Source of the DNA: Octopus sinensis
Lineage: Eukaryota
DNA: 64,000 nt
Reading direction: 5' to 3'
NCBI RefSeq assembly: GCF_006345805.1
Contig: NC_042999.1
Coordinates: 75,888,001 to 75,952,000, forward strand
Made by a program: the position numbers and the translations under genes
Notes under the pieces: generated by a model
Told to the model about the DNA's origin: nothing
The model's database searches: none
What the model saw: only the letters and a program-made list of their open reading frames with translations
In this document: piece by piece, positions 1-13,654 of the stretch
Layout: each line of letters starts with the position of its first letter
Numbering within the stretch: the first letter of the stretch is position 1

Positions 1-127
1 TTCTTTCATTTGCCGTTTACCAAATCCACTCACAAGGCTTTGGTCTGCCTGAGGGTATAGTAGAAGATGCCACGCAGTTAGATTGATCCCGGAACCATGT
101 GGTTGGGAAGCAAGCTTCTTACCACAC
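1..127 (-). mobile_element. SINE family A (tRNA-type head, octopus OK/OR-like), 5' part
   Basis: Reverse complement resembles the head and body of the copies at 15103 and 34271 (GAACCATGTGGTTGGG..AAGCAAGCTTCTTACC, ACTCACAAGGCTTTGG). Confidence 0.7.
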
Positions 128-154
128 ACTCACATGCACACACACACACCAAGT

Positions 155-537
155 TTTACCTTTAACTAGTTTCAGTCATTGAAGGCATCAGTGAAACAGA
201 TCGACCATAGTATTTATCTTAAAAATCTGTTTATTTTATCGGTGTCTTTTACCGAACTGCTATGTTACGGAGATGCAAACAATCCAACATCGGTTGTCAA
301 GCAGTGGTGGTGGGCAAACACAACACAAACAAAAAAAAAACACACACATGCACATGCACAAGACACATACACACACATATAAGTGGTTTTTTCCAGATTC
401 TGTCTACCATATTGTCTCACAAGGCCTTATTCGACCCGGGGTTATAGCAGAAGAGACTTGCTTAAGGTGCTGTGCCGTAGTACTTAACCCAAGACCACAT
501 TATGGGGAAGCTAATTTCTTGCTCATATAGCCACGCT
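155..537 (-). mobile_element. SINE family A, degraded near-complete copy
   Basis: Reverse-strand match to the family A body (CATCGGTTGTCAAGC, GACCCGGGGTTATAG, TTTCAGTCATT). Confidence 0.7.
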
Positions 538-642
538 TATGCTTAAATATATATATCTAACAAATACACACGCACAAACAGGCACACACAAACATACACA
601 CAGAGGGAAACATATGCATAGATATATTTATGTATTTGTGTG

Positions 643-693
<51 letters not shown>

Positions 694-1016
694 TTATGTA
701 CATATATTTACAAAGAAAGACAGACCAGTGTGTTATTACCAAATATAGAACTATTTTGTTTAACGGAAAATAACATAATGTTGGAATGTATACAAATTAT
801 AGTAATGAAAATTTAGAAAGGTGACAGATTTAGATTAAATTTAGTGTGTCATACGACAAAACAGTGATAGATAATAGCATGTTAGTAATCTATTTTGAAT
901 TGATTGTTAGGTCTCGTGTGATGTGATAGGTGAGAGAGCAAATAAACTGTTGTAACAAGACTGTAGAAACCTTTGGTTCCTCTCATTTGTTTTCTATTGG
1001 TAGATGTCGTAAATTC

Positions 1017-1574
<558 letters not shown>

Positions 1575-1869
1575 CACGTATGTTTGAGTGTGTGTGTGTG
1601 AATTTACGTTTGTATCTTACTATTAGTTAATAAAATATATCCATATATTACATTGCATGTGTGCATTCGTATGTTGTGTTTGATTTATGCATTTGTGTTT
1701 ACGCAAATTTGTATTTCTATACACACATATAGTTATTACTGGCTAGACTGCTGGAATGTTTTATATACTTTCACTGTTTCAAAAATTGCTCATAATTGTA
1801 GCCGTATTCTTTTTGGTTTTGTGATGCTCTCCCTCTCAATATTTGACCCACGGCAATCAGTTAGATAAC

Positions 1870-3420
1870 CAAGTTGATAAATAATTATAGATATGAATCT
1901 GAAGGTATACTATAAGTCTATTATTTGGAGATATCTCATTAGTCCTGCAAAGAAGTTTTCTTGTTTTTCTTTTATCATCATTATGCTAACTTTTGCGCCC
2001 AGTGATTTATTTTCTAAGTTCAAGTAGTCTGTTTTATCATACCTTCATTTTACAGTTTTTACAGGAATATTTCAGTATGCTTTTTTCATATTATAAGTAA
2101 TATCGCTACAACACTATCATTCATATTTTTATTTCATTATTGCCACAGCATCAGACTTCGTAAGTAGATAACTAGGTGATGACATTTCCAGATAGCTACT
2201 TTTGACGGGGATTATATTTTAGCGTAAATTCTGCCGAGATTGCAGCGATGGCCATGCTCAGATGTTATATCCCTATCTTGAATCCTGTTGATAATTCTTG
2301 TTCCTGGATTGCCACAGCATGCCTGTCAAAGTGAAAGCCAATGTAAAGGCTGTTACTCCAAGTTAAATGAAACTATTTTGATTATCCGTTATTACCTCTC
2401 AGTGGGAACACATCCATGCATAGACTTCTGTTGATAAAAAAAAACATGTTATCTGATATTCTGTAATGTTCTATTACAGTAGAGCCGTGCAGCTTCCCTG
2501 GATGTGTAACTCTTGTCATCAATTAGAGAATACCTTGTGTAGCTCTTTCTCAATTTTTCTGATATTATTTGCTTTATTTATGCAGTCTTACTTCAGAGAC
2601 GCATGTCGTTGGCTGAATTTGAGTAACTGTTGCTGAATTGAATGATGTGATTTTCAAAATTTGTTTGAATAAATCTTAAGCCTCTGTCTCCCTATGTTCA
2701 TTTTAGACAAACGCGACCAATATCACTGATGACGCAGAAGTTTCTTGCACTTGGTAATAGCTTTTTTGTGTTTTAACATTAATGTTGGATCTTGTGTTCA
2801 ATAGCACAGCCCAAATGTCAGTACGAGCACTCTGTACCACTGATTTATAGAACGCATAGAATTCTGATGACCATATTTTATACCCATGAGTTATATTTGC
2901 TATTTTCCCTTACCTTGTTACTAGTTGATCCTTGGATATATTTTCATCCCACTCAAAATACCAGTATTTCATCCCACTCAAAATACCTCATTGAATATTG
3001 GAGGAATAAGACATTGCTAGATATTGAAGAATTCATCAACAAAAGCAATAACCTCAACTATGTTACCATGCTGATTTATTATTTGTTTTCGTTTTACAAT
3101 CATCTAGTATCGCTATCTTGGACAAATTCCATCCCGATAACTTTTAATAGTCTGGTAATGAGATCAAAGTATTCCGACATGCATTGATACCATTTCGTCT
3201 TTTCCTGGCCCAGTCATATCTCCCCTTGAACTATATTTGGCGTAGAAGTTAAGGACTTCCCTGTTAGTATGAAGAGCATCGCAGAATCTCTTTGAAATAT
3301 ACCTCTGATATAATCTCATATATTTCTGTTGTTATATAGAGGTCGTTGTCAGATTAGTTAAGGACTTATTGTTTCTTTTAAGTTGTAATACCACCATGAT
3401 CAATAAGTTAGAACTTAATT
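1870..3420 (-). pseudogene. Decayed R4/Dong-like non-LTR retrotransposon (RT plus C-terminal region)
   Basis: Manual minus-strand translation gives RGIFQRDSAMLFIL near 3300 (GIFQGDS motif), VAIQEQE near 2310, and a Y...DAVA-like stretch near 2150. Many stops and frameshifts. Confidence 0.6.
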
Positions 3421-4869
3421 ACATACACATTTTTAATAATCTATCCATGTTGTAACTAGCTTCTTGTTTTTTGTTTTTGTTTTTTTTTTTAGGCGGGGAA
3501 AGGGGTCTTTTTTTTTGCATCTTAAATCCTTTATTTCCTGTTACTCAGTATTTTGAAGAAAATTATTAAATGAATTTTCTGTAATAGATCGATTTCAGAC
3601 AAAAGGTTTGACTCAGTCAAGTTAATTGCCTTGTATATTTGCTATTAGCGTTGTCTCAGTAAATATATGATTTTATATTACTGTCCAGCCTCATAGCTTA
3701 ATCGCGGAAATTAATAAGTATTATGCTTAAATAAAAATTGTTAAATTATTTTATCTTTATTTCTTGACATAATTCCAAAGATATCATTTTTAATGGTATT
3801 TGTCTTGCAAAAAATGTCACAATACCCAGTTCTGATTGCACTAAGACATGCTTTACCGCAGTTAAAGTCCTTCTCTTAGCAGATTTTTTAACGGAAAATA
3901 TTCACATTTACCCGAAAAGAAACTGCTTCGACTGAAAGATATCTACGTGTTTGAACAATCTAGTAATGTATTTTTCATTTTTACAAATGGTCGTTAAAAT
4001 TTTATCTTCTTGTTGAATATAGAAAATAGAATGTGCTGTTGAATATAAGTCATAGATTATTCAATTTAGTTTGTTGAGTTCCTTATGAAACGTTGTAGTA
4101 TAAGAAGCCTTCGTTCCTGTAAGAGGCAAATACTCTAATTTCCTTTGTAACTTAAATAGGGTATTGTTAATTATTTTATGATTGTTATTATGTTATCAGT
4201 TGTGGAAAATGTGGGTGTAACGCTAAATTGATTTTTTTATTTGTTGACTATTTATCGATTGAGACAATATAATTTCTTATTATTAACTGGAAAATTAATT
4301 TTATCTTATTTTCAGATTTTTCTGAGTAAATATTTTGAAAACAAATCGTAACTTAGATATAGGTTTATGTTTAATGTTCGGATTAAGAATAGAGGTAGGC
4401 ATTAAAGTCTGGAGTAAGTGCTTTTAATAGGAATAACCTACTTAAAGAAAACGGCACACGTCTTTCTCTTCCATTTGTTCGTAAAACAGAAGCCCAAGAA
4501 ATCCAACTGATAATTACTTAACGCCAGAGAAATCTTCTTAGGCTTCACGTTACTAAATGTAATTTTATACTCAACATCCTTGTGCGTGCTCGACGAAGAC
4601 GTATTGTTATCAAAGCAATGGACAGGTTTTTGATGCAGCGAGAGATCCATATTCCATATGTTCAGACGGCTGTACATCAAAGTTTCAACTCAAAGCTAGT
4701 CGAGGTCTTCGCTGTCCAAAAAGCAAAATATTAGTGACCAAAAGTAAAGAGTACAATACATCTCTCAAGGAATAAGAAGCAGCGATTAAGAATCTTGTGG
4801 AGATTGTAACGTTAGATATGTTACCAAATGTCCTCTGTCGAATTTGAAGACCCTGTAAATTTCCTAATT

Positions 4870-4908
<39 letters not shown>

Positions 4909-5243
4909 TACAGTTACACACATACACACACACGTATATTAAATGTTAATCGTGTGATACACATTTACCCAACAATAATAGAAATACGGTACACATACAC
5001 ACATACATATACGTGTAAACATGTGTGTGTGTGTGTGTGTAGTATACATATGGCTGCATGTATGTATACTATCTTTTACATGTAAAAGTTGAAAGTGACT
5101 TCGAAGAACGGTTGATTCGTCTTCATCGGACTGACGACCATTTTTCTTGTAAAAATTAATAAATGGTTACTCTAAAAAAAACTTGAATAATCCCTTAGTT
5201 TAACGTTAACATGTCGTATATAACATAACATAAAATAAACATT

Positions 5244-5286
<43 letters not shown>

Positions 5287-5404
5287 GTGTGTGTGCGCGC
5301 GCGCGCGTGCATGCGTGCGTGTGTGTTTTCAACTGTTACACTGTGACTGCACTTCCAAGTCTGTAGTCTATGACTAATTCTTTCTACTAGAAGCATAATG
5401 CCTC

Positions 5405-5673
5405 AGTTTTGGGGAAAGGGATTAAGTCAATTACATCGACTCCAGTGCGTAACTGGAACTTATTTAATCGACCCGGAAAGGATGAAAGGACAGACAAACG
5501 GATTAAGTCGATTATATTGACCCCAATGCGTAACTGGTTCTTATTTAATCGACCCCGAAAGGATGAAAGGCAAAGTCGACCTCAGCGGAATTTGAACACA
5601 GAGCGTAACGGCAGACGAAATACGGTTATGCATTTCGCCCGGCGTGCTAGCGATTTTGCCAGCTCGCCGCCTT
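5405..5673 (-). mobile_element. SINE family B (AAGGCGGCGAGCTGGCA head; GCCTTTCATCCTTTCGGGGTCGAT core) with partly duplicated core
   Basis: Matches the copies at 9651, 14445 and 44550. The core resembles a conserved Nin/Deu-type SINE central domain (recognised from memory, unverified). Confidence 0.8.
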
Positions 5674-5687
5674 TGTAGTCTATGGAT

Positions 5688-6075
5688 GTGGAGGCGCAAT
5701 GGCCCAGTGGTTAGGGCAGCAGACTCGCGGTCGTAGGATCGCGGTTTCAATCCCCAGACCGGGCATTGTGAGTGTTTATTGTGCGAAAACACCTAAAGCT
5801 TCACAAGGCTCCTGCAGGGGGTGGTGGTGAACCCTGCTGTACTCTTTCACCACAAATTTCTCTCACTCTTTCTTCCTGTTTCTGTTGTACCTGTATTTCA
5901 AAGGACCAGCCTTGTCACACACTCTGTGTCACGCTGAATCTCCTCGAGAACTACATTAAGGGTACACGTGTCTGTGGAGTGCTCAGCCACTTACACGTTA
6001 ATTCCACGAGCAAGCTGTTCCGTTGATCGTATCAGCTGGGACCCTCATCGTCGTAACCGACGGAGTGCTCCTAAA
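5688..6075 (+). mobile_element. SINE family C, full length, tRNA-derived head
   Basis: A-box-like TGGCCCAGTGG and B-box-like GGTTTCAATCC. Flanked by the 11-bp target-site duplication AGTCTATGGAT (5677-5687 and 6076-6086). Near-identical to 13268-13654. Confidence 0.9.
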
Positions 6076-6715
6076 AGTCTATGGATAATATCGAGTCTAA
6101 CACTACATAGTTTATAGGTTTTATAAGCATAATGAAGCTGGGTAGTGCTTGGACTCAGAATCTAAAGAAACGTAACCAAATACCATTTAATATTTTGTTC
6201 GCCTTCAAGCTAATTTAACCATAATTCCTTCCACCCAACGACATGCAAGCATACATGTACACAAACTCACACACACGTACACGCGTGCGCGAAAATTAAT
6301 CTTTTGGACACATCTGTACTCTCACAAGAGAAAGGAACAGAATGTAGAAATGACGAAGAAAGAGAAGGAACAGAAATGAGAGAAAAAGGGAGAGGCAGAG
6401 AGAAAAGAGAGATAGAGGGCAGTCTTATATCAGTCGCGTAATGTTTCAAACCACGTATCTGCGTGGAAAATGATTTACAAACATCAAATTAACTGCATCA
6501 CTTCCATTCATATTTTTGTCATGAATTACATACATATCTATATTTTAGTCTCAAAGTAATGACAGCAATGTGAGAGCGACAGTGAAAATAAGTGTTATAT
6601 TACCGTAAAGCACGTAGATTATGCATGAAATGAAATATTACTGCTTAAAATATGAATTTAAAAAATGGTACAAACACACATACACACACACACACACACA
6701 CAACACACACACATA

Positions 6716-6935
6716 TATTATATAAAATCCGTTCTGTCTGTCTGTGTGAGGGTGTGTGTGTGTGTCTTCTGGCATCTCGGGCATCCTCCATCCGATTGCG
6801 CTCAAATTTGGTATGTAGATACCGATAGTATCAGGGCGTGTGTAAGTCTTGAAAAAATTACAAAAATCGATTCCAGGTGAGAATGCGATCGATAAAGCCG
6901 TGGGAACGTGCATTTGTACGCGCAAGTACATCACC
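6716..6935 (+). mobile_element. Probable non-autonomous Helitron-like element 5' end
   Basis: Starts TATATAAAATCCGTTCTGTCTGTCTG and carries CCGATTGCGCTCAAATTTGG, an architecture typical of Helitron/DINE-like 5' ends. Confidence 0.45.
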
Positions 6936-7115
6936 TGTTGCGATTGATATCTTTATTTCTTCTTTTGCTGGTGTCTCAAATTTTGTTTAAATCAGTGTTT
7001 CTGAAAGGGAAGGCCTATGGGACGGACGGACAAGTTGTTTTGAGAAAATTTGGTTTAAATGTTTGACATCCCAGCAACCTTCCATTGGGCGGGTGGGTGG
7101 GGGCGTTTTGCTCGT

Positions 7116-7162
<47 letters not shown>

Positions 7163-7167
<5 letters not shown>

Positions 7168-7393
7168 CGAAGTAAGCAACAAGGATATCCAGAGGTAATG
7201 CAGTACGGTCGTTTCATGCAACTCCATTTATGTTTCAGCGGCAAAGTGTTCAGACGGCTGTACATCAAAGTACAATGCAATCACTACATCAATTTAAACT
7301 GATGTAATGATTCCATTGTTCAATTAAATAGAGTTGCATGAAACGATCGTACTGCATTACTTCTGGATATCCTTGTTGCTTATTTTGATTTTA
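7163..7393. mobile_element. Palindromic MITE / foldback element
   Basis: About 68-bp inverted arms (7163-7230 and 7325-7393) plus an inner hairpin at 7272-7319. A partial related copy lies at 39640-39745. Confidence 0.75.
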
Positions 7394-7739
7394 ATCACCT
7401 TACTTTGAAATTGTATGGATAATACCGTACTAAATTATGGTGCCTCAACTTATGTACCATATTAAACTGAATCGACATATATATACATACATAAAACAGA
7501 ACTGGATCTCTTACTGTTAAGGGTTCCGGACGAGCCTGCCTCACGGCAGGAAACACAGGTGATGGCAGCAGCTTCAAACTTCCTCATTGATCAAATGTCA
7601 CATATTAGAGGAGGTTCCAAATAATAGTGTAGCTCAGTCAATGGTGGTGCTCCTGCATGACCGCAGCTTTGCAGCTGAAACATTTTTAAAACATAAAAAA
7701 AAATTTTTAAATATAGATATACATATATATAATCATACA

Positions 7740-7845
7740 TCAATATATATATATATATATGTATATATATATGTATATATATACACCCATATATATATAT
7801 ATATATAAATATATATTGTAATGTAGTAGTAGTTGTAGTAGTAGC

Positions 7846-7882
<37 letters not shown>

Positions 7883-7935
7883 ACAGCAGCAGTAGTAATA
7901 GCAGTAGTAGTAGTAGTAGCAGCAGCAGCAGCAGC
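7740..7935. repeat. (TA)n and (GTA/GCA)n microsatellites
   Basis: Directly visible; source of the poly-T and poly-L ORFs. Confidence 0.95.
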
Positions 7936-8499
7936 AGGAGATGCGTTAAAAAAGCATAACAATACATAAAATTGACCTAGTAATTTAAATAGGTAAAGCG
8001 ATAAAGATCTGTTGAAAAAATATTCATTGTTATATGAAATCATACTACGAAATAAATTATTAAAAAAGGTAAGAAAATGCTCTGGTATTTTGAATGCCAA
8101 AATGCTAGAAGATCCTTGCTATTTAAAATGAATGAATCTCCACAAGCAGAAATGGATTATTGATATGGCCTGTACCAGAGAGGGAACATTTATTCAAAAT
8201 AACTACAGAATCTGAGAAAGTACCCAAAGCTAAATTTTGAAATGCGTGAAAATAGGAGAGGGTACGTAAGGATGATGTCAATAATGATTTCTTATTTAAG
8301 CGGAAGAATAGTTGAGATAGGGAAAAAAAAAAAGAAATTTGTTTAAAGGAGAGAAAACGATTGAAAAAAAAATGTATACATGCGAAAGTAGAACATTCCA
8401 TTGTGCAAATGCGGAATAACTTTTTATATGTTACTTTTCCGTATTGTCAGAAAAGCATGCATTTCTATATTTAAAAGAACTATGAAAATCTTGGTTACC

Positions 8500-8920
8500 C
8501 AAGGGTAGCTGAGGTTTTTGAAGTTTCGAAGCTGTTTTTGCTTGGCAAGTGACGTAATTTGATTACAGTGGTAACATCCATCAAGACGTGATGTTATTGA
8601 AAAAAATGATTATTGTGAGATCCCGTGATATTTCTTACCATGCAATATAGGAACGGAAACCAGATATGATCCTGAAAGAAAAAAATAGGTGAAGAATGTA
8701 ATATCATGGATTTTGTAATGCAATATCACAATGTAGCAAAGACAGCTGGAGAAAAATATAAAATACAGAAAAAATATCTGGATTTAACAAAAGAACTGCA
8801 AGTGAGACACAAAAACATTTCCCATTCCCATTGTGGGAAAAAGGAAGGAAACTGCTATAGTTTTTCGAAAGAGATAGGAGTTGCGGAAGACCATGGTCTT
8901 CTATACTACAAGAACTAACT
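8500..8920 (+). pseudogene. Decayed R4-like restriction-like endonuclease region of a non-LTR element
   Basis: RKPDMILKEK...CNIMDF...EKYKIQKKYLDLTKEL resembles the RPD..D..EK..KY.DL..EL motif. Confidence 0.45.
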
Positions 8921-9394
8921 TTTCAATTTTTCTCAATTCCTTGAAGGTTGGGAAAATGGTTCACCAAATATCACAGTATAAATCTGCAGACATAATGAGT
9001 GTGATATTTCTATAAAGCAAAATAATCTGTCGTATGCCTCGTTCATCACATGGAAATGATAATGAGGTTAAAAACGTACCAATATTTGGTACAGCACTGG
9101 GAATGATTAAAGAGAACAAGAATGAAAATATAAACTTCGTGTTCTAAATTTCCGGTCCGACCAAAAAGAAAAAAAACTTGTTAAACATCATCGCACGTAA
9201 GACACATTACATTAAATAACATGCCTCACACAATACATACTTTACACAATCATTACCTAATATTCTAACAGATTCATAGATAGCAACATAATGAGAAATA
9301 ACAAAGCAAGCTACTCAATGCATCAAACTGGTGACATATTTCTTCTCAAGATAATTAGCACCGACTTCAAGAATACAACGTGTTGAAAATTTAC

Positions 9395-9600
9395 TGCGGT
9401 GGGCTGGCAGAGATTTTAGCATGCCGGGCAAAATGTTTAGCAGCATTTCGTCTGTCATTACGTTGTGAGTTCAAACTCGGTCGGAGTCATCTTTGTCTTA
9501 CATCAATTAGTGAGCGATAAAATAAGTACCACTTGAAGACTGGGATCAATGTAAATTCCTTCCCCTGAAATTGATGGCATTGAGTCAAAATTTGAAACCA
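9395..9600 (+). mobile_element. SINE family B, degraded
   Basis: Head GGTGGGCTGGCAGA and core GATAAAATAAGTACCA. Confidence 0.7.
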
Positions 9601-9650
9601 TAACAAATAAAATAATAATAATAAATATTATTATCATCATCATCATTATC

Positions 9651-9855
9651 AAGGCGGTGAGCTGGCAGAAGCGTTAGCACGCCGGTCAAAATGCTTAGCA
9701 GCATTTCATCCGTCGCTACGTTCTTAGTAGCGAGGTCGAATTTGCCTTTCATCTGTTCTGGGTCGAGAGATTAAGTACCAGTGAAACCCTTTGGGTCGAT
9801 ATAATCGACTAATCCCTTTCCCCAAAATGACTGATCTTGTGGCAAAATTTGACAC
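9651..9855 (+). mobile_element. SINE family B
   Basis: AAGGCGGTGAGCTGGCAGAAGCGTTAGCACGCCGG head followed by the core. Confidence 0.8.
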
Positions 9856-9856
9856 C

Positions 9857-10195
9857 ATTATTATTATCATCATATGCACACAACAGATTAGACTGTTGAA
9901 AATGAAAAATCCTAACATCGGGTTTCAACAAGTAACCTTAGATGCCAGGAATCCTCTTAAGTATCCTAGCTGTCCCTATCACTGTTTTTTTGTGTTGTAT
10001 TAAACTGGGTCTTATGCCTATTTCCTCTATCCATCGGTTCAAATCTTTAAGAGATACATTTTACCCGCACGTTTCATAGCCTTTGTAATTCAATAGCTAG
10101 GTCCTGGTACTTTGCTATTTTTTCTATTCCTCTCATATCGATTTTTTCATATGGAACTGTAAAGTCAACTATCTGACATTTTCTATTCCCCTTAT

Positions 10196-10294
<99 letters not shown>

Positions 10295-11860
10295 AATCAG
10301 GATTTCTAGCTTCTATTACTCTGTCAGTCTGAATGTTAAAGTCCTACATCTTTTATCTCTTACTTTCTAGTATTTTAATCGGTTCATATTCATACCATTT
10401 GTCAGTATGTTCAAATCCTAGCTTTCTACATAACTTCCCGTGGATTTCTCTCCTTAGGTCGTCATGTCTTTTCTTGTATTATTTCTGTGCCAGCATGCTA
10501 CATTCACTTACTATACCAATAACGCTTTCCTATATTGATTTGCATAACCTACACTGGGAATTTATTTGGTTTTTGTCTATCTTGATTTTTATCCAATTAG
10601 TCCTTAATGGTTGATCCTGTGTTGCTATTAAAAAACTTTCTATCCCCCTTTTCAGCGTTCCTTTCTGCAATCATAACCATGTCTCACTACTACTAATTTG
10701 CTACAGCTATTTTTGAGAATCAGCCATGCAACGCTTTCTCCTGCCAGTCAGATAATTTCTGGGTGTTTTTCTGGTTTTTAACTTCGTTTGGGATATTGGT
10801 TTCCCTATATCTTGCTGTAACTCTACAGCTTTTAATAAACTTTCTTTATCATTACCTACATGGGAGAATATATCTGCTCAAGCTAACTCCACGCAGTCTT
10901 CTACAGTTATTAACACGCTTCCGCCTTCCTTTCTAGATAAGTATAATATTGCTACTCCTGCCCTTGTGTGAAGTCATCCATTCATATTGAATTCCTTCCT
11001 AGTTCATCTGTCTAGCTTTGCTAGTTCAGTTTTTGCCCAATCTACAAAAGCTGCTGGTTATCTAAGTAATGATACTGCCCAAGTATTTACAACCTTCACT
11101 AGATTCGGGCCATTTAGCTTTGATTTCATTAGCGTTCTCACTCTTCTGATGTACTCCTCAATTTTTATTTTTATTTCTGTTGTTAGTACTTTGTCAGATT
11201 CTAATACTCCTAGATACTTATAACTCTCTCCTCCTTTCAATGATTTTAATGTCTGGCCATCTGGTAATTGGATGCATTCGCTGTTGACTACCTTCTTCTC
11301 ATGACTAATATTGCACATTTATCGATACTAAATTCCATGCCTATATCTCTGCTGAATAGTCTTACGGTCTATATTAATGAATCTATCTATTTTTCATTCT
11401 TACTAAAAAGCTTCAGCTCATCCATGTAGAGTAAATGGTTAATTTTTCCCTTACTATTTCTGAGCTGATATCCTGCCTTTGCCTTCCTTAATACTAAACT
11501 GAGGGGGATCAAACATAAGGCAAATATTAAAAGGGAACAACCAGGCCCCCTGAAAAAATCCTCTTTTGATATTAACATTCCCTGAGAGTGTCAACCAAGT
11601 AGAGATCTACTTTCCATTTCTTCATGCTAAAGCTGATTCTCTTATGTCGTCTGCTATACTGAATTTACTCAAACATTCACTTATCCATGATTGAGGGATC
11701 ATGTCGTATGCTTTCCTATAATCCATCCAAGCTATTTAAAAATTTTTCTTTCCAGATTTTATTTCATTTAGAACTGCTTTGTTTATGTATAATAGATCAT
11801 GCGTTCCTCTAGCCTTCTACCTGCAACATTTCTGTTCTTCTGGCAGTAAATTCTGATTGT
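9857..11860 (-). pseudogene. 5'-truncated R4/Dong-like non-LTR retrotransposon (RT, zinc-knuckle region, REL endonuclease)
   Basis: Minus-strand motifs: AWMDYRKAYDMIP, LCLIPLSLVLRK...NHLLYMDELKLF, ESYKYLGVLE, KLNGPNLVKVVNTWAV, RKRHDDL..EIH..LC, EARNPDLVVV, DFTVP..EKIAKYQDLAIEL, GTARILK. (TGA/TAA)n tail at 9857-9873. Confidence 0.9.
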
Positions 11861-11984
11861 CAAGGTGCTCGTAAATGCTTTCTGAAAGCATTTCTGTGTT
11901 TACATTTTCTGTAAGATGCTACTACTTGTATATATATATATATATATATATATAATATGATATTATATAATATAATATGATATA

Positions 11985-12058
<74 letters not shown>

Positions 12059-12266
12059 GATATTATATAATATAATATAATATAATATATATACCACATA
12101 TATATATATATATATATCTGTAAATGTATCTGTAATTATAATATGTGACAATTATTCAGTAGCCATGATAAAACTCCGAATTTCGGATGTCGGGTTGGAA
12201 ACCCACGCCGGCATCTCTTCAGTTATCGGGCCATCCCAAAAAATTCTATGATCAGGTGCTCATGGT

Positions 12267-12661
<395 letters not shown>

Positions 12662-13267
12662 CTCATTCGTCTATGGTGTTTGGTATACGCTGTGGTATTC
12701 TTCTATTATGAGTCCATTTTCGACAGCGTTTACTTTTTCTAACTGAATACTACCCATGGACATTTAATGATGTTCCTGTCGTAGTTATAATTATTATTGA
12801 TGTATCAGCGAGAGACCCCGAAAAAACAGTAATGTGCATATATATAGAGGTCTTGTATAAATATGGATGTACACGTAATTAAAATTTAATATTTTACTCA
12901 CATGTTTGCAGTTTTCGTATAGAATTATTGCAGTCCTTTTGCTTGGATTTTTACGCACATGTTACTAGGGCGGTGCATCTGGGGGAAGCTACTTTTGTAT
13001 ATATATACTCCTCCATATAAGAAAAATCTTTCAATTTCCTATGACAGCTTACATTAAAATATTTAAATCTGTGAGAAATTGGAATTTTAAAAAAGTTAAG
13101 AAACTCGAGAAATTGAAATTATAGGAAATTTCTTAGAACAGGAATTTATTAAAATATTACCCGACGGTCAACCCTTTAATACGTGTTTTGCTATAGTACT
13201 TTGTACTTTTTGTAATTGTTACATACCTAATTAATAAGCAGCTTTCTCCATTATAGTAGAAATGTAT

Positions 13268-13654
13268 GGAGGCGCAATGGCCCAGTGGTTAGGGCAGCGG
13301 ACTCGCGGTCGTGGGATCGCGGTTTCGATTCCCAGACCGGGTGTTGTGAGTGTTTATTGAGCGAAAACACCTAAAGCTCCACGAGGCTCCGGCAGGGATG
13401 GTGGTGATCCCTGCTGTACTCTTTCACCACAACTTTCTCTCACTCTTACTTCCTGTTTCTGTTGTACCTGTATTTCAAAGGGCCGGCCTTGTCACTCTCT
13501 GTGTCACGCTGAATATCCCCGAGAACTGCGTTTAGGGTACACGTGTGTGTGGAGTGCTCAGCCACTTACACGTTAATTTCACGAGCAGGCTGTTCCGTTG
13601 ATCGGATCAACGGGAACCCTCGTCGTCGTAACCGACGGAGTGCTTCCATCCATC
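13268..13654 (+). mobile_element. SINE family C, full length
   Basis: Near-identical to 5688-6075. Imperfect TSD AGAAATGTAT / AGAGATGTAT. Confidence 0.9.

Noticed and set aside
4438-4680. 80-aa non-repetitive ORF as a possible host exon
   Set aside because: No recognisable domain, no convincing splice-site pair, and no partner exons.
5688-5765. tRNA gene
   Set aside because: The tRNA-like stretch is the head of a 390-bp SINE with a TSD, and the cloverleaf is imperfect. The same holds at 13268 and 37862.
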